Origin: Sporopachydermia quercuum
Taxonomy: Eukaryota
Length of the DNA: 64,000 bases
Assembly (NCBI GenBank): GCA_001599295.1
Contig: BCGN01000002.1
Coordinates: 496,001 to 560,000, forward strand
Reading direction: 5' to 3'
Below, piece by piece: positions 23,721 through 38,000 of the stretch. The translations under genes were made by a program, and so were the position numbers. Every line of letters starts with the position of its first letter. The first letter of the stretch is position 1. The notes beneath the pieces are model-generated. The model had not been told where the DNA came from and searched no databases. It saw only the letters and a program-made list of their open reading frames with translations.

Positions 23721-26048
23721 TTAAATCACAATTTCATCGTCATACTTTGAGTTCCGTTTTGCTCCTATTAAATTCTTCTTCAAATCATCATCATCAATTA
23801 GCAGCTCATCTTTGGAAACATCTAGCTTCTTTGTATCGAGTTTTATTTTACTCTCATCTTCATTGTCTTGTATTGCTTCAATAACTGCTTCAGCTACTTC
23901 TTCATCTAGCTTCTTTGATGGTGGATTTCCTTTGGGTGTCTTCTTAGATAAGCCAGCTCCAGGTCCTAAATGTGGTTGTTGCTTTGGTTTGCCATATTCA
24001 ACAGAATCTTGTATTGCCTCTTTGACAGTGTCCAAAGTTTCCTTCTTTAAAGGTTTGGAAGGTTTTTGAGCCTCAGGGATCTTTTTTGATCCTTGTTTCT
24101 TCAATAATTCATCAGAAGTGTCATCAGAATACTCATCATCATAATGTTTGGCTAGACTATCTTTGGAATTTGCGTTTTTCAGGGGCTTATCTTCAATTTC
24201 TATATTGCCCTCAGATTTATCTAAAACAGCAGATTCTTCATCTGGAGAAAGTTTTCTCCCTTTCCGTCTATTAACGTTAGCTGCTACATCATTGTCACCC
24301 TTAGAATTGCCAATTTCTGTCTCTTTTCCAGGCTCACTACGTTGCCATCCTGTCTTGAATAAAGGATCCATATCGAATACTGGGAAAGGATGAGCTTCAG
24401 TATTGAACACATTTTCATTCAAGGGTAACACATCAGAGTCATCAAACAACAGATACAAATATTTCAACGTTTCTGACAACCAGAAGCTTTCCATATTATC
24501 AATAAAAGTGGGAGGAACAGTAGTAACGTCTTTCAAAGACGTGAATCCTTGTTCTTCAGAAATTAATGCGTATTTTACAAATGATTCAAAAATACTCCAA
24601 CCCATTTCTCTATAAATAGGATCCTTAGTAATCCTCCAGAGGTAAAACAAAGATTCAACTGTTTCTGGACGCTGTAAATTATGAGTATCAGCGTGCTTTA
24701 TAATGAAATCTTCAACACTGTCTTCATTCGTATTGAAAACAACAATTTCTGGAGCAAGACCGGTTGCTGTTCTAGCATAGGTTTCATAACACGTCTTAGT
24801 CAAATCAGTTGCCAATTGAATGTCTGATTCCTTCATAGCGTCCCAGTCAGAAGAGGACATGGCTGTCTTAAGGTCAACACCTCCTGTTGCTCCTACTGCT
24901 AGCATTCCACCAATAAAACATACTAAATGGTCCATTTTATTGGAAAATTGTCCACCAATGCCATTGGGTAGTTCACCAACAAATTTTAACTTTCCGGGTT
25001 TACTTTGTCTTACTAAATTATCTTTAATACCACGAACAGCTTCTGCATACATTTGCAAGTAGATTTGCTCATTTTCTCTTGTTTGTAGATACTGTTTGAT
25101 GAGATACTCGTAGTAAGAATCACCACGTGAACCAAGACGAATTAAGCTAGTAGTGAATTTACCTGTATCAGGATGAATATAAATAGGAACTAAACCATCA
25201 GTAGCATGATTATCATCTATAGCTTTCATTACTTTCTCAGCAGCTTCCCAGTATAAAGATTCACCAGTCAACTTGGATAAATATTTAAATTCAAGTTGCA
25301 ACGTGGTGGCCTCAGCAGTTGAACTAGCGCCTCTATCTACATGATTTGGAACACCTTTTGATGTTCCAAGGTTAACACTTGAGTAAGGAATTCCAGTTTT
25401 CGAATCGAAGGCACCCATTAGTCTATTGCCAAGATCAGTAGCTCTATCCAAATACAAATCATCCTGCGATAAATAATAGGCAGACAGTAAACCTCCAAGC
25501 ATTCTAATTGTCGTTTCGAAAGTATTTACTTCGTAGTTCATATTGTAATCCAAATCATTAGTAACGAATTCTTTAGCATGTTCTAATTCATCATCCAACT
25601 TCATTAGCATGAGGGTATCCAACGAGTCAACAATAATCCATCCTAAAGGTTTGGGACCCATATTCTTTCCTTTCTTTGACACAGGAGCATATACATCATA
25701 ACCCCAGCCATGCTTTTCATAGGCATTCCACGATATTTTGAAGGCATCTCGTACAGCATTCTGACGATCTTTCCAACTAGCATTCTTTTTGAATAAAGAA
25801 GAAGAATTTGAGACATCTTTGTTTGAGCTTGAGAAAAACCATTTGAATAGAAACCATCCCAAAAGTATCAGGACGAACTTTTTCCAGTACCTCATGATGT
25901 ATTGCTGAATAGTTGATTTTCTGCTCTTTGGTAGAAAACTATCACTTCTAGATGGTTTGTCTTTATATAAAGGTAACTCACTTTCGTTTTTCCCTGTCCA
26001 ACTCTTATAATCTCCTACTGAGGAAGCAAATTTGGTGAAATCCGACAT
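23721..26048 (-). CDS. MNS1: ER alpha-1,2-mannosidase (GH47) with a long charged C-terminal extension
   Basis: Type II TM; GWIIVDSLDT, FETTIRMLGGLLSAY, RLGSRGDSYYEYL, QRPETVESL, ESFWLSETLKYLYLLF, NTEAHP. Confidence 0.95.
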   Translation of the reverse strand: MSDFTKFASSVGDYKSWTGKNESELPLYKDKPSRSDSFLPKSRKSTIQQYIMRYWKKFVLILLGWFLFKWFFSSSNKDVSNSSSLFKKNASWKDRQNAVRDAFKISWNAYEKHGWGYDVYAPVSKKGKNMGPKPLGWIIVDSLDTLMLMKLDDELEHAKEFVTNDLDYNMNYEVNTFETTIRMLGGLLSAYYLSQDDLYLDRATDLGNRLMGAFDSKTGIPYSSVNLGTSKGVPNHVDRGASSTAEATTLQLEFKYLSKLTGESLYWEAAEKVMKAIDDNHATDGLVPIYIHPDTGKFTTSLIRLGSRGDSYYEYLIKQYLQTRENEQIYLQMYAEAVRGIKDNLVRQSKPGKLKFVGELPNGIGGQFSNKMDHLVCFIGGMLAVGATGGVDLKTAMSSSDWDAMKESDIQLATDLTKTCYETYARTATGLAPEIVVFNTNEDSVEDFIIKHADTHNLQRPETVESLFYLWRITKDPIYREMGWSIFESFVKYALISEEQGFTSLKDVTTVPPTFIDNMESFWLSETLKYLYLLFDDSDVLPLNENVFNTEAHPFPVFDMDPLFKTGWQRSEPGKETEIGNSKGDNDVAANVNRRKGRKLSPDEESAVLDKSEGNIEIEDKPLKNANSKDSLAKHYDDEYSDDTSDELLKKQGSKKIPEAQKPSKPLKKETLDTVKEAIQDSVEYGKPKQQPHLGPGAGLSKKTPKGNPPSKKLDEEVAEAVIEAIQDNEDESKIKLDTKKLDVSKDELLIDDDDLKKNLIGAKRNSKYDDEIVI

Positions 26049-27456
26049 ATTTTGCAGAAGTTCTCTTTATATCATCAATGTGAGAATCAATGTGGGTAAG
26101 ATCCAGTGAATCAGGCTAAACCCTGTGAATAATAGATAGTTCAGAATTCGAATATGAAAGTATAATTATAAAACAAGCGTTCCTGCCGGCATCAAGTATC
26201 TAATTTNTGGAATATTGTCTCCAAGAGCTTATACTGTTTATATTTGACTAGATATTGGATAAAAGAAGTACAATCAAACTAGATATCAGATCAAACAGCA
26301 ACGGAGAATTAAAGACAGATCATCAATTGAAATCTCAGATACCATAAATTTTAACCACTATAATCCTGAAAAAAACGACTTGTGATATTTCAAACCAATT
26401 ATATTATAAATCAATCACCTATCAAGTTTTCTCAACGATATATCCAAGAAGTTATCAGCTCCCATATGCTACAACCAATGAACAGATTATGGCCGGCCAT
26501 AATTGTGGAAAGGAGCTGACGGTTGTGTTAAGATTATGGGAGAAGGATTGAGTATGCATAAATATGCATAAATATGTATGATGATGTAAATTAGAGGAGG
26601 CTTCTTTTCTGTCTCCATTCAGTGAGGATAATTTCAAGCAGTATCCTGAGTTGTTATGCGTTTAGTAGCTGCAAGAGAGATAATTAATAACTGGTAATTG
26701 GACTTTTACCTGTATAGCAGAAGGGTATAAATGGAGGAAGAAAAGATCAAGAAAGAGAACTTGTGACGAAATCATACACTCGCCTGACGATTGCACCGAA
26801 TCCAAAATCTCCCTGGAATTTTTACCAGAACAGAGTGGTAGTTAGATGAAACATTCATTTTTTATTTAGCAACAAAGGCCTCGTGGACAACAATAATTTC
26901 TCGATCAAATCATTAAATCAAGCAGTCAGCTAGTCATATTTTATCTTGTTGTACAATGTTAATAATAAAAAACTACACTACATATATCGTGGTTACGTAA
27001 TCGTATAATAAGCGCCTTGTCAATAGTATAATGTAAACATTACACGGTTGAAGATGAATAGCATCTGATTAAAATAATTTACTTCCAGCAATAATTATTT
27101 GTAATAAAATATTATCAATAAAAATGTACGTAGTCCTCAGTGATTATTCATATTGAATTTTTTCATTGTCCCTCTTAGCTCTTTGTTTTACGGTTTTTTA
27201 TTAATATAACAACATGCATCGTACAACATGCATGGTGAAGCAAGGAATATATAACCTTGCATATACGTCCACTCTACAAAGAAAAGTATACTTACTTTCG
27301 AACTGAAAAACTATTAGAAGATTCACAGTATCACTCATACCTTTATTGACAAGTTACGATAGTTGAAATCATTGCTTTTGTTAATCATTATTGAAAAGAT
27401 TTTCAAATTAAGAAAATATTNTCAATTGGAAGTTATAGTCGATTGATTGTACTTGA

Positions 27457-28587
<1,131 letters not shown>

Positions 28588-28938
28588 ATATAAAGATTAG
28601 CACCCAGGTTAGCCTGGTTCTTATACTTTATTACATTTGTCAGATGTTAGTATATAAGCTGATGTAATGCTGTAGTATGTAAATGATCAATCGAATCATT
28701 ATATTATTAAATTTTTAATTATTTTTGTTCATTCAAGGGTGTCTGAAAGACATCGTGCATCGAAAACACTTGTTTCCATTCATTTCAATTCCTTATTTCA
28801 ATCTACACTAAATAGAACGCTATACATATAGTACTATTTATCGTACATTATAGTCACATATCTACGATTGCAAAAGCTATATTATGAATAGTCCAATTAT
28901 AAAATAAACATGCAATATAACACCCTGAAAGTAACCGA

Positions 28939-29631
28939 TTACTCAGGCTTTGGAAAAAACTCGGTTCTAGCCTTTCTAGGACCCAGTTCTTCTGTGTCAA
29001 GTAGATAACCTGGTTGTCGGCCTCTTGGAGAACCATCACCAATGATGTTGTAGCTTTGGAAACTGTGGAATACCTTGTCTGGTTGAGGGAAGTTCAATAA
29101 ACTGGCTTCTTCCTGCTTTGCCTTAACCTGCTTTCTATACTCAACATCGAGACCTGCATCATCTATAGGTCCAAACACCTTTTGGCCAAAATCGTATAAA
29201 TAGTTGTTTCCGTATTTTTCTCTCCAGTTCAAATCTTGCTTAATATAGGCAGCGTACCCCAAAATCAATCCAATAAATCCAACGACAGAAGGCTAAGATT
29301 TTGTTAGTAACATGACAATTATCAGCTATTTGGTAGTACACTAGTGGTCCAATATTCTAAACTATTGAGCTAATGTATGATATCAAACAATATACACAGT
29401 TCCGTATCTTCGTTGCCTATCNTTCCTACTATTTCCCTATCGAACGGAAAAAACACTCACATTAATCACACTTTCTGCAGGTGCATATTCTTCACCATGA
29501 TGATGATCGTCATGATGTTCATCGTGGTGGTCACTAGAGTATTTACGAACTTGACTCATTAAACTGGCTCTGTTGACCGACAATCTAATCGGTCGTACAG
29601 CAGGTCGAACACTTCTGATGATAGGATTCAT
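28939..29631 (-). CDS. Mitochondrial single-TM protein resembling the fungal complex I 17.8-kDa accessory subunit; exons 29461-29631 and 28939-29292
   Basis: Arg-rich presequence ending RKYSS, His-rich linker, one TM segment, C-terminal GSPRGRQPGYLLD. Intron: GTGAGT at 29460, TACTAAC, TAG at 29295-29293, phase 0. Confidence 0.6.
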
Positions 29632-30135
29632 TCTTGTATTTCGATTTTTATTGATTCAACTCCCTTGAAGCTACTACTGATGTACATTCAATCAATGATA
29701 GCTATTATAACTTGTGCTTTGTCGTGTATTTCATCATATTATTGCATGGTATTTTCTTAATAAAAATCTCACACAAATTCAACTAACCTTGATTTAATTG
29801 GTTAGCTAACTGGGGAGGAATACTGGAGATGAGACGAATCTGCCCATCAATGATAATTGTTGATGTGAACATTTAGCACTAAATGAGACATGAAGTAGTT
29901 TTGTCAGGTGTCCTGATATTTTGGAAATTACATTGTCTTCAAGGGTTAATTGAGAATGGAGACATGAGAATCCTTGATTGAACAGCAAGAGCTGCCACAT
30001 CTACAAAAGATAATTATTGATACCTGGTAATTACAGAGACTATTCATACGATTGAATTTTATTCTACTGAATTCAAAGAACTTTTACTCTAATGTTTAAG
30101 TGTATAACTTGTTTAAGTCATTGTAAAACTAACGA

Positions 30136-30622
30136 TTAATGCTCTTTTCCAACTCTAGTAGCACAGAGGAACTTCAGATATGGTCAATTGTTAGCGAGAA
30201 GACTCAGTATTGTAGATTTTATAATATCAATCGTAATAACCGAAAAATACTTACAGGATAAATTTGAGCTTTTGAAAGATCCCAAACACCGTTTTCAACA
30301 TAAACATCCTTCTTCAAGATTTCTAAAGCATCTTCTTTCGATTCTGCCATAATCGAAAATGCGGATCCTTTGATATCAAGAGATTCACCTTCTTCAGGGT
30401 GCTTCTCCAATATAGCTCCTCCCATTTTGACAATACCTGCCTTCACCTTGGGTGGAACGGAGTCAATGTGTTGTTGTCTAACTTCCATTCGTTTAGCCAA
30501 CTGCAAAGTAACAGATTAGTATACGAATCTATCAGCTATCACCCTACATGAATCAATCATTCCGGAATACATACCACACCTTCGTAATCAGGCAGAATGC
30601 AGAGGAATTCTTTGAGAGCCAT
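30136..30622 (-). CDS. YCII-domain protein (copy 1); exons 30575-30622, 30255-30500, 30136-30171
   Basis: MALKEFLCILPDYEGV/LAKRMEVRQQHI...GGAIL...GSAF...KKDVYVENGVWD...IYP/FLCA. Donors GTATGT and GTAAGT. Confidence 0.85.
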
Positions 30623-30990
30623 TTTTAGTGGTAGTGTAAATCTCATTATATCAGTTAGAAGAAAAATTGTGCAATTCAAATATAACTATTATGGATAATG
30701 AAGATAAGTGTTTTGAGAAGATGAAATGAGTTAGAATTGAGAAATCAGGGTGATAAAATATGTCAGTAAGAATCGGGAGTATATAATTTGTCATGGAAAA
30801 TCTGGGGGATTTTAGGACACGGTTCATCTCATAACTTGAGTTGCGATCCGACGAATCTGTCCGCTATTAGGTTGCACTTATCCGATGCCAAAGGACAAAG
30901 TACAGTTGTACCATTATGTGTTCTGACATTCGTGACAATTTGAAATTTCATTCTCTATGTAAAGAAATAATACATCAACTGTTCTTTGAT

Positions 30991-31447
30991 TTAGCTCAAA
31001 ATAATCTAATTGCAAACAGTTAGTAACTGAATTAATAGGATTTTTATTTATCCCAAAGCAAATAAAACTTACAGGATAGATGGAAACACGAGACTCGTCA
31101 TCGACGTTCCAAACACCGGCCTTAGAGTAGACATCATTACGGAGGATTTCTTTTACAGCTTCCTTATCTTTTCCTCTCATGACGATATGAGAACCAATTA
31201 TCTTGGGAAGTTCACCTTCAGCTGGGTGTTCTTCCATGAGAGCACCCCCACTGACAATGATACCAGCAGCAACCTTTTCGGGAAGAGCAGCTAGATGAGC
31301 AGCCTTATTCTGGGCTCTGATGGGTCTCTATTGGTAATATTGTTAGCATGTTAAACAGATCCAAAGGCAATGCAAATGATACACATAGTGACACACCTTT
31401 CCATCCTGATCAAGGACAATACAGCAAAAAGTCTTAAGATCTGACAT
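30991..31447 (-). CDS. YCII-domain protein (copy 2); exons 31397-31447, 31073-31327, 30991-31005
   Basis: MSDLKTFCCIVLDQDGK/RPIRAQNKAAHL...GGALM...IGSHI...RNDVYSKAGVWN...IYP/IILS. Intron positions match copy 1; first donor is GTGTGT. Confidence 0.8.
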
Positions 31448-31794
31448 CGTGCAATTATTTCATATATAATTATTCTATTAAATTTCAGAATTATTGCTTA
31501 TTTATTTTCAAATATTTTCAAGATTCTTCAGTCGTCAAGTAAGAGAACTGATAACGTCTTTCAGCTGTCGAACCAGATTTTATACATATTTCATCATTCC
31601 AATGTGGGGAAACTGTATTCCCGATAAAGCTTTCAAATTGTAGTTGAGAACAACGGACAGAGTTTTATTGATCATCAACAGAATTATTATACAACATTTA
31701 CCCGAATATTTAGCATTATTATTACTAAGAAAATGAGTTGTATTTACTCTATTTAACAGGGATCTATTCAATATTTATTTTATTTTTATTTTTC

Positions 31795-32844
31795 TCAGCC
31801 AAAGAGAGAAGCTTCAATGCCTTTATCATTGATATCTCGAAAATTAGGCAAATGCACATCGAGTGACGACGGAGACAATTGAGGATACTTTTCACTGATG
31901 ATTTTCATCAGCGAGGAATAATAGATATCATAACCTTTTTCAGAAAAATGAATACCTAATGTATAGAAGCGGTTAGTTGTCATGGATTTTAATGCTTTTG
32001 TTGCCCTTTCAAATTTAACATTTTTAACTTGTTTCTACTTTTCTCTTCTTTGAATGAAAAAAAAAAGTAGAGAGACAAAAAAAACTTACCATCACATAAT
32101 GCTTCAGTTGGATCAGCCAATTGACTGAATCCTTCAAATAAATCAACGAACCCAGTATTGAATTCTTGACTTACCTTCTTAACTACATCTCTATACAATT
32201 TATTCGTCGCAGAAGAACGAAATGACGTTGTGACTTCGGATGTTGTAATTTCGTTTATTATTCCTCTAGCCCTCAAGGCAGCATATTCTTCATTTTTCAC
32301 TTTAATCCATAATTTTTCATCGTGAGTTGCGGGACTTACCAGAATAACTTGTTTGATACCAGCGTCAGTTGCAATTTTGACAAGGCTAACTACATTCTGC
32401 TCATACTCATCAATTGGAACGTGTTGAATAGCCTCGCTATTTGAAGCATCATTCGTACCAAAAAATATGACTGCCAAAACTATCTTTTCAGCTCTTTCTA
32501 TTTCCAACAGTCGTGGAAGAATTTCAACCGCAACACGCGAAGTATACCCTGCATACCCTCTTTGTAGGAGATCTAATTTTCGTGAATAATCTTTCAAAAG
32601 CAAATGATGACACCAGTTAATATTCTACTACCTCAATCCTGCCAATAAAGCAGCATAACGAGTAAATAATCATCAAATTATATGCCCTTACTTTATGGAA
32701 AAGAAAATCCAAATCATACATACCATTTGCTAGCCGACGACCAAACTTAGTTCCAGCTTCATTGAACATGAACTCGGTGATAGAATCACCGAAGAACAAT
32801 ATCTTCTCGTAGTTAATTGAAGGTAGAAAAGAAAATACTGGCAT
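31795..32844 (-). CDS. IAH1: SGNH/GDSL esterase, isoamyl acetate-hydrolysing esterase family; exons 32724-32844, 32090-32590, 31795-31955
   Basis: FFGDSITE (block I), RGYAGY (II), FFGTNDA (III), and spliced DG/IHF (V); C-terminal LPNFRDI. Confidence 0.88.
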
Positions 32845-33273
32845 TTTAGAATTTACAATTTTTGATCCATACCATAATTACATAATTATATAACTATATG
32901 CGTAATTAAGTATCAGTTGCTTAGAAAAATTAAAAGAATTTTGAATATAGCTTTTTGATAAGGAACAATTAGATGCAATTGAGTAAGAGTGAACTAGACA
33001 ATTTGAAGAGAAGGAGAGATAAGGATGGAAAATGAACTTTATTACCTTTTTCATCTACGCGGCGTCAATTGAGAAACAATTAGCCTTCAAGCCACAGTGA
33101 AAGTTTTAAATGGGTAAATGAATAAATAATTAATAAATTATATTGTAACATTATTATTAAGTTGTAAACCGAATCTATGACAAGCATTAAAGAGGAAAAA
33201 TAAGAGGAAAAAAAAATATCAGAAAATGAAAATGACAATGATAATGATAATGATAATTATTGAATAAAAGCAA

Positions 33274-35052
33274 TCATTCAGTGTCTAAAGTCTTTTCTTT
33301 ATCACCTTCATCCTTCTCCTTCGGAGTGACATCAGAGCCAGTGAATGAAGGAGCGTAAGCACCATTGTTATTCATTGATGGGTCAATACCAGTCTCATCA
33401 AATTCTTCTTCTTCTTCAGCAAAATCTTCTTCCTGAGGAATGATCAAATTGAGAACCAGTGCAACAATACCAGCAATGGCATAACCGGTTTCAAGAACTA
33501 ATTCAATAGCATCCATGAAACCTCTGAGGCCACTGTTACTACCATCATAGGTAAAGACATATGAGAACCAGTCAGGGACTAATGTAGAGCCGAACCCGAA
33601 AAGACAGGCACCAGTAAGAACAAACCTATCACGTCTAGTGAATTTGATGGTAGAGATAATTCTCAAACCAGAAACAGCGACGGATGTGAACAAGAATGTA
33701 GTCATACCACCTAAAACTGGCTTAGGAATGGCAACCAATGCAGCTGCAAACTTGGAGAAGACACCCATAACGATCAAAAAGAAACAACACCAGTATCCAA
33801 CCATTCTGTTGGCACACTTGGTCAAAGAAATAACACCATTGTTTTGGGCAAAGGTGGACATAGGAGTGCAGGTCATAAGACCTGCGAAACAACCGTTCAA
33901 ACCATCGGCTAAAACACCACCTTGAATTCTGGACTCGTAAATCTTACCTTCAACTTCCAATCTAGATACATCACAAGTAGCTGTAATATCACCAATAGCT
34001 TCCATCATCAAAANAATNTAGACAGCTAAGAACGGTAAAACTGCAGGTCCATATAAACCTAACTTGAAAGTGTGGACCCAGATAAAGGTAGCAGCAGGAG
34101 CAGCNNTAATNCCNGTATCNNTGAAATATCCACATGCTGCTGCNACAATACAACCAACTAACAAACCAACAATGACGGCACATGATTTCATGATAGGTGA
34201 ACCATACTTTTCACAGATAACAATTGTAACGAAAACAAGGAAACCAAGACCGATGAATTGAGCGGAACCCCAAGGTGCCCTTCTTGGAGCCGCAGTATTT
34301 GATGGGCACATACTACCGGTACAATCACTACCACCACACCAGTCTTCCAGACCAGTAGCAATAAGTGAAACACCAATAAGTAAAACAACAGGACCAGTGA
34401 CGATAGCTGGGAAAATTTTTTGCAAGACTTGAGGAGGTAAGAAAGAAAGGATAATTTCAAGCAATGCGCATAAACAGGAAGTACCAATGATCATACCATA
34501 TCCATCGGGGCAAGGAAGCTGGGTTCCATCTGCAGCTGTTGGACAAGTTCCATTAGCATAAAGCTTAGGGAACACCCCATTGATAATCGTAATTGTAGCA
34601 AAAGAAGTACCAACTACTGAAACCAGACCAGTTCCGATGTAATAAGGTGTCTTGTAAATGTGAAAACGTGTAATTTGTATCAGTGATAAACAACCTGAGA
34701 CAATTAAAGATGCTGAGACTAAATACTGTTGAGCATCTTCTTCTAAGTTTGCTGCTAAGGAAATAATTAGTGGAGGTGTTACTACACCAGCAAGCATAGA
34801 TAAAGAATGTTGAAGACCCAAAATAAAACCCAAAACGAGAGGCATNTCACCGTTCAAGGGGAAAAAAGGTGATGGTTTTGGTTTTGTTCTTATGAAAGGA
34901 ATCTTAGGCATGAACAAATAACCATAATTGTATTCGCCTAATAACCCATCTTTTGTTGTCCATTTACGAAAACATCTTACTGGAAACGTCTTGATGGTTT
35001 CAAGATCAATGTGAAAATGGGCAGCGCCTGCTGCAACTTCTGGATCAGCCAT
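33274..35052 (-). CDS. NAT/NCS2 uric acid-xanthine permease, UapA/UapC-like (copy A)
   Basis: GLQH in TM1, NAT signature FAQNNGVISLTK, and a multi-pass membrane topology. Confidence 0.93.
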   Translation of the reverse strand: MADPEVAAGAAHFHIDLETIKTFPVRCFRKWTTKDGLLGEYNYGYLFMPKIPFIRTKPKPSPFFPLNGXMPLVLGFILGLQHSLSMLAGVVTPPLIISLAANLEEDAQQYLVSASLIVSGCLSLIQITRFHIYKTPYYIGTGLVSVVGTSFATITIINGVFPKLYANGTCPTAADGTQLPCPDGYGMIIGTSCLCALLEIILSFLPPQVLQKIFPAIVTGPVVLLIGVSLIATGLEDWCGGSDCTGSMCPSNTAAPRRAPWGSAQFIGLGFLVFVTIVICEKYGSPIMKSCAVIVGLLVGCIXAAACGYFXDXXIXAAPAATFIWVHTFKLGLYGPAVLPFLAVXIXLMMEAIGDITATCDVSRLEVEGKIYESRIQGGVLADGLNGCFAGLMTCTPMSTFAQNNGVISLTKCANRMVGYWCCFFLIVMGVFSKFAAALVAIPKPVLGGMTTFLFTSVAVSGLRIISTIKFTRRDRFVLTGACLFGFGSTLVPDWFSYVFTYDGSNSGLRGFMDAIELVLETGYAIAGIVALVLNLIIPQEEDFAEEEEEFDETGIDPSMNNNGAYAPSFTGSDVTPKEKDEGDKEKTLDTE

Positions 35053-38000
35053 GTTGTAATGATTTTCTACTGCAAAATTTTGGATATATTGTATGGTTGG
35101 TTTTCAAGCACAATATGCAAACCAATAGAGCATAAAGAGTAACAATATAAACCTAACATCTNAAATCTAAAATGAAGCAAAACAGAACCGAAATTTGAAT
35201 TGGGAATTTGGTCATTATATATAGATGCTACTCATTATTCATCGAATATTGAATAAAATGCACTCCAGCATCTTCAATTGTGAAGATAACAAATTGTGTC
35301 TCCATTCTGAGTTAACGTTAAACTTTACTGATTAGTATCAAAAACTTTGTACGAATATATGGAAGAAACCGAAAATTAATTCCATATATAGGAAAGTATG
35401 TTTATTATGCGTGTAAGAGCAAAAATAAAAGAAAGATTCTTATCCTAATCATTAACGGCTAATAAGCTACTCGTTTTTCAAGGCAGCTATGTAATATGGC
35501 TAAAAGAATTACTGAAAATGAAAAACTACTGGCCAAACCCAGGATTCCAAATGTTATGTTTCATAAAGGTAACCTGGTATTTTACTTTTCTGTAGTTCAA
35601 TGGTTAACATTTCCAATGTCAGTTGATCAAGTAGGTTTTTCACTGAGGTCTAGGAGTTTCCATACAATAATTATCACTGAGGATCTACTAAACAATTATC
35701 TATGTTTTCCTTGAATAATTTGCTTTCACAGATTTTGGTTCACATTCTACTGATCCGATTCACCTAACTCTAATTAAGCTTTGATTAAGATTCATTGAGA
35801 ACTAAGCTTATGAATAAAGTTTATTATTTTTATGGGAAGATTATATCAGGTAAGCTTTCTTAGTAAACTAATAGTTTGAGCTAAAGCATTTTTAGAGTAA
35901 ACTTTAATATAATAGAGCTCATCCAAGTATGAGAGATAGATTTGGTTAACCATTCGTTCCAGCTTTTATCCCAAAATTTATGCAGATATTTTCCAGAATC
36001 CTGATCTAATAGGCTTCAATAAAACCAGTTCCTTGCAAAAAATGAAAATAAAAGTAAGATAAAAAGGCAGGACCAGACTTTTCAAATATTGGTTAGCCAA
36101 TTCAGGGACGGTTTAGATTATTTTAAGGTTATCTACTAAGTCAAATATTTCTAACCCTATTTTCACGAAGCTAAAATTTTCAATATGACTCCAACAGAGT
36201 GAAAGGAGGAATNCATAAAATCAGGTTTTCTATTGTTAATTTCATTTGAGAGATCCCTTCGTTGATCAAATATCCAAATGCTAGATTCTTTAAAATATTT
36301 TTCCAAGATAACTGGATCGTTTTGGTAGTATTAAAGAGAGTTGCATTTATAGGTATTAGATTGACTTTGAAACATCAAACATTTTTGTCTTGGCAGCGCT
36401 CTTATTTTTTATATTTAATTTGGAAACGGAAGTTGAAATCAAAATTCTCCTTTTCAAGCTATCAACTAATAAATCTTGTTAGAGTCAAGACTTTTTACTT
36501 GAAATCCTTGATGATTGTTACATATTCAACTCTAAGACATTTAAAATAAGTAAGATTCTCTATACATTCAGTTCATATTTAGGATATAAAAGAAAAGATT
36601 CTTTTATTCTAAGACTCAATTTTAGCCTTGGCATTATTAAATTTTGAAAATTAAGTGAAAACTCAGGGGAAACCAAAAACAAAGAGATTAACTTCAGATT
36701 AGAATGAGTAGTGAGAAAGTTGTTCTCTTGTAACTCCTGATGAGGCAGTAAGAATATTCTCCACTTGACAATCTGCCTATTCACGATTAATAATAAATGA
36801 TAGTTCTTAGCTCNAAATAAAATTAGAAACGAAAAGAGTAAAATACTGTGGTAATCTTTTACTCAATACAGAATATTCCTTCCGCTGAAAAAGTACGCGG
36901 AGCCAATTTTTGACTCCGCCAAAAAATTTCCTCTGAAAGTAGGTGTCATGCACGATATTGATGAGCATCTTGCGGCATTCTCCAGTTTTACCCTAGGCTT
37001 ATTGCGAGTTTCACTACATATAGAAAAGCTGCCTACTCACATCGTGAGTAATAAAACTTTCATGTGATTTTAGTAATTTTCAGTACCATGAACTTCAACC
37101 CATTTTTATTTATCGGTCTTCTGCAGAAAATTCAAGGCAAGGCAATTAAACTTGGTTCACGGATCCTACGTATTTCTGTTATATTTCTTTTGTGTATATG
37201 GAGTCATTCAGTAATAAACCAGTTTTGCTTTTCCTGATGANTCCTGTGAACGTTTTAGATCCATCGAAGACAGTTTTTTTCAGTGTATGAAGAAGTTTTA
37301 AATAAGAAGGTGACTTTGTATTATAGTACACAGTACTATTTCCCAATCCTGCTTTCCCCAAAATTAGCATCAAGGTGGTAAATTCAATAGACAAGAAGAA
37401 AGCAGTTCATAAGATTTACTATACTGAATACTTTGAGAAGTGCAAACGGGAATCATCGACTTTGAAAGAATAAATGTATACTCCAATACAACAACGCGTT
37501 GGAAGCCTGATTCAATTTCGTCTATATAAGTAGGTGTTACCAAAAAATATTAAAAAATTTAGTATAGTAAAATGCTAAGTTTGAGAAATTGAAAAGTGAA
37601 TTCACTTTCATTGGACGAAGATGTTAATAATATATTAATAGTATAATTATATTCCAGCTCAAGCTCTTCATATCAATTCCTATAGTAAAACTTAACTATT
37701 CTATTTCAATTTATTTTGCTTTACTTTCTAAACTCTATTCTATATCTTCTTAACCACCTTCAACTATCGACATTCAGGCGCATTTCTTTTTTTGTTACCC
37801 AATCGCTCCTAACTTATTACCGTATTTTTTGCACCTAAACATCTATCTTGCTTCAGAAAAAGCTCAGAAGACTTCAAACTTAAAAATGTATTTCTTTATT
37901 CATTGTATTTTGTTCCAAATTTATAATAAATAATACTCATTGTCATTAACTTTTTTACTATGGAAAAATTGGATTTAGAAAATATTAATGAAACTTTAAA

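Noticed and set aside
26805..26820. Possible Lys14 site upstream of LYS1
   Set aside because: The spacing is TCC-N2-GGA, not the TCC-N3-GGA consensus.
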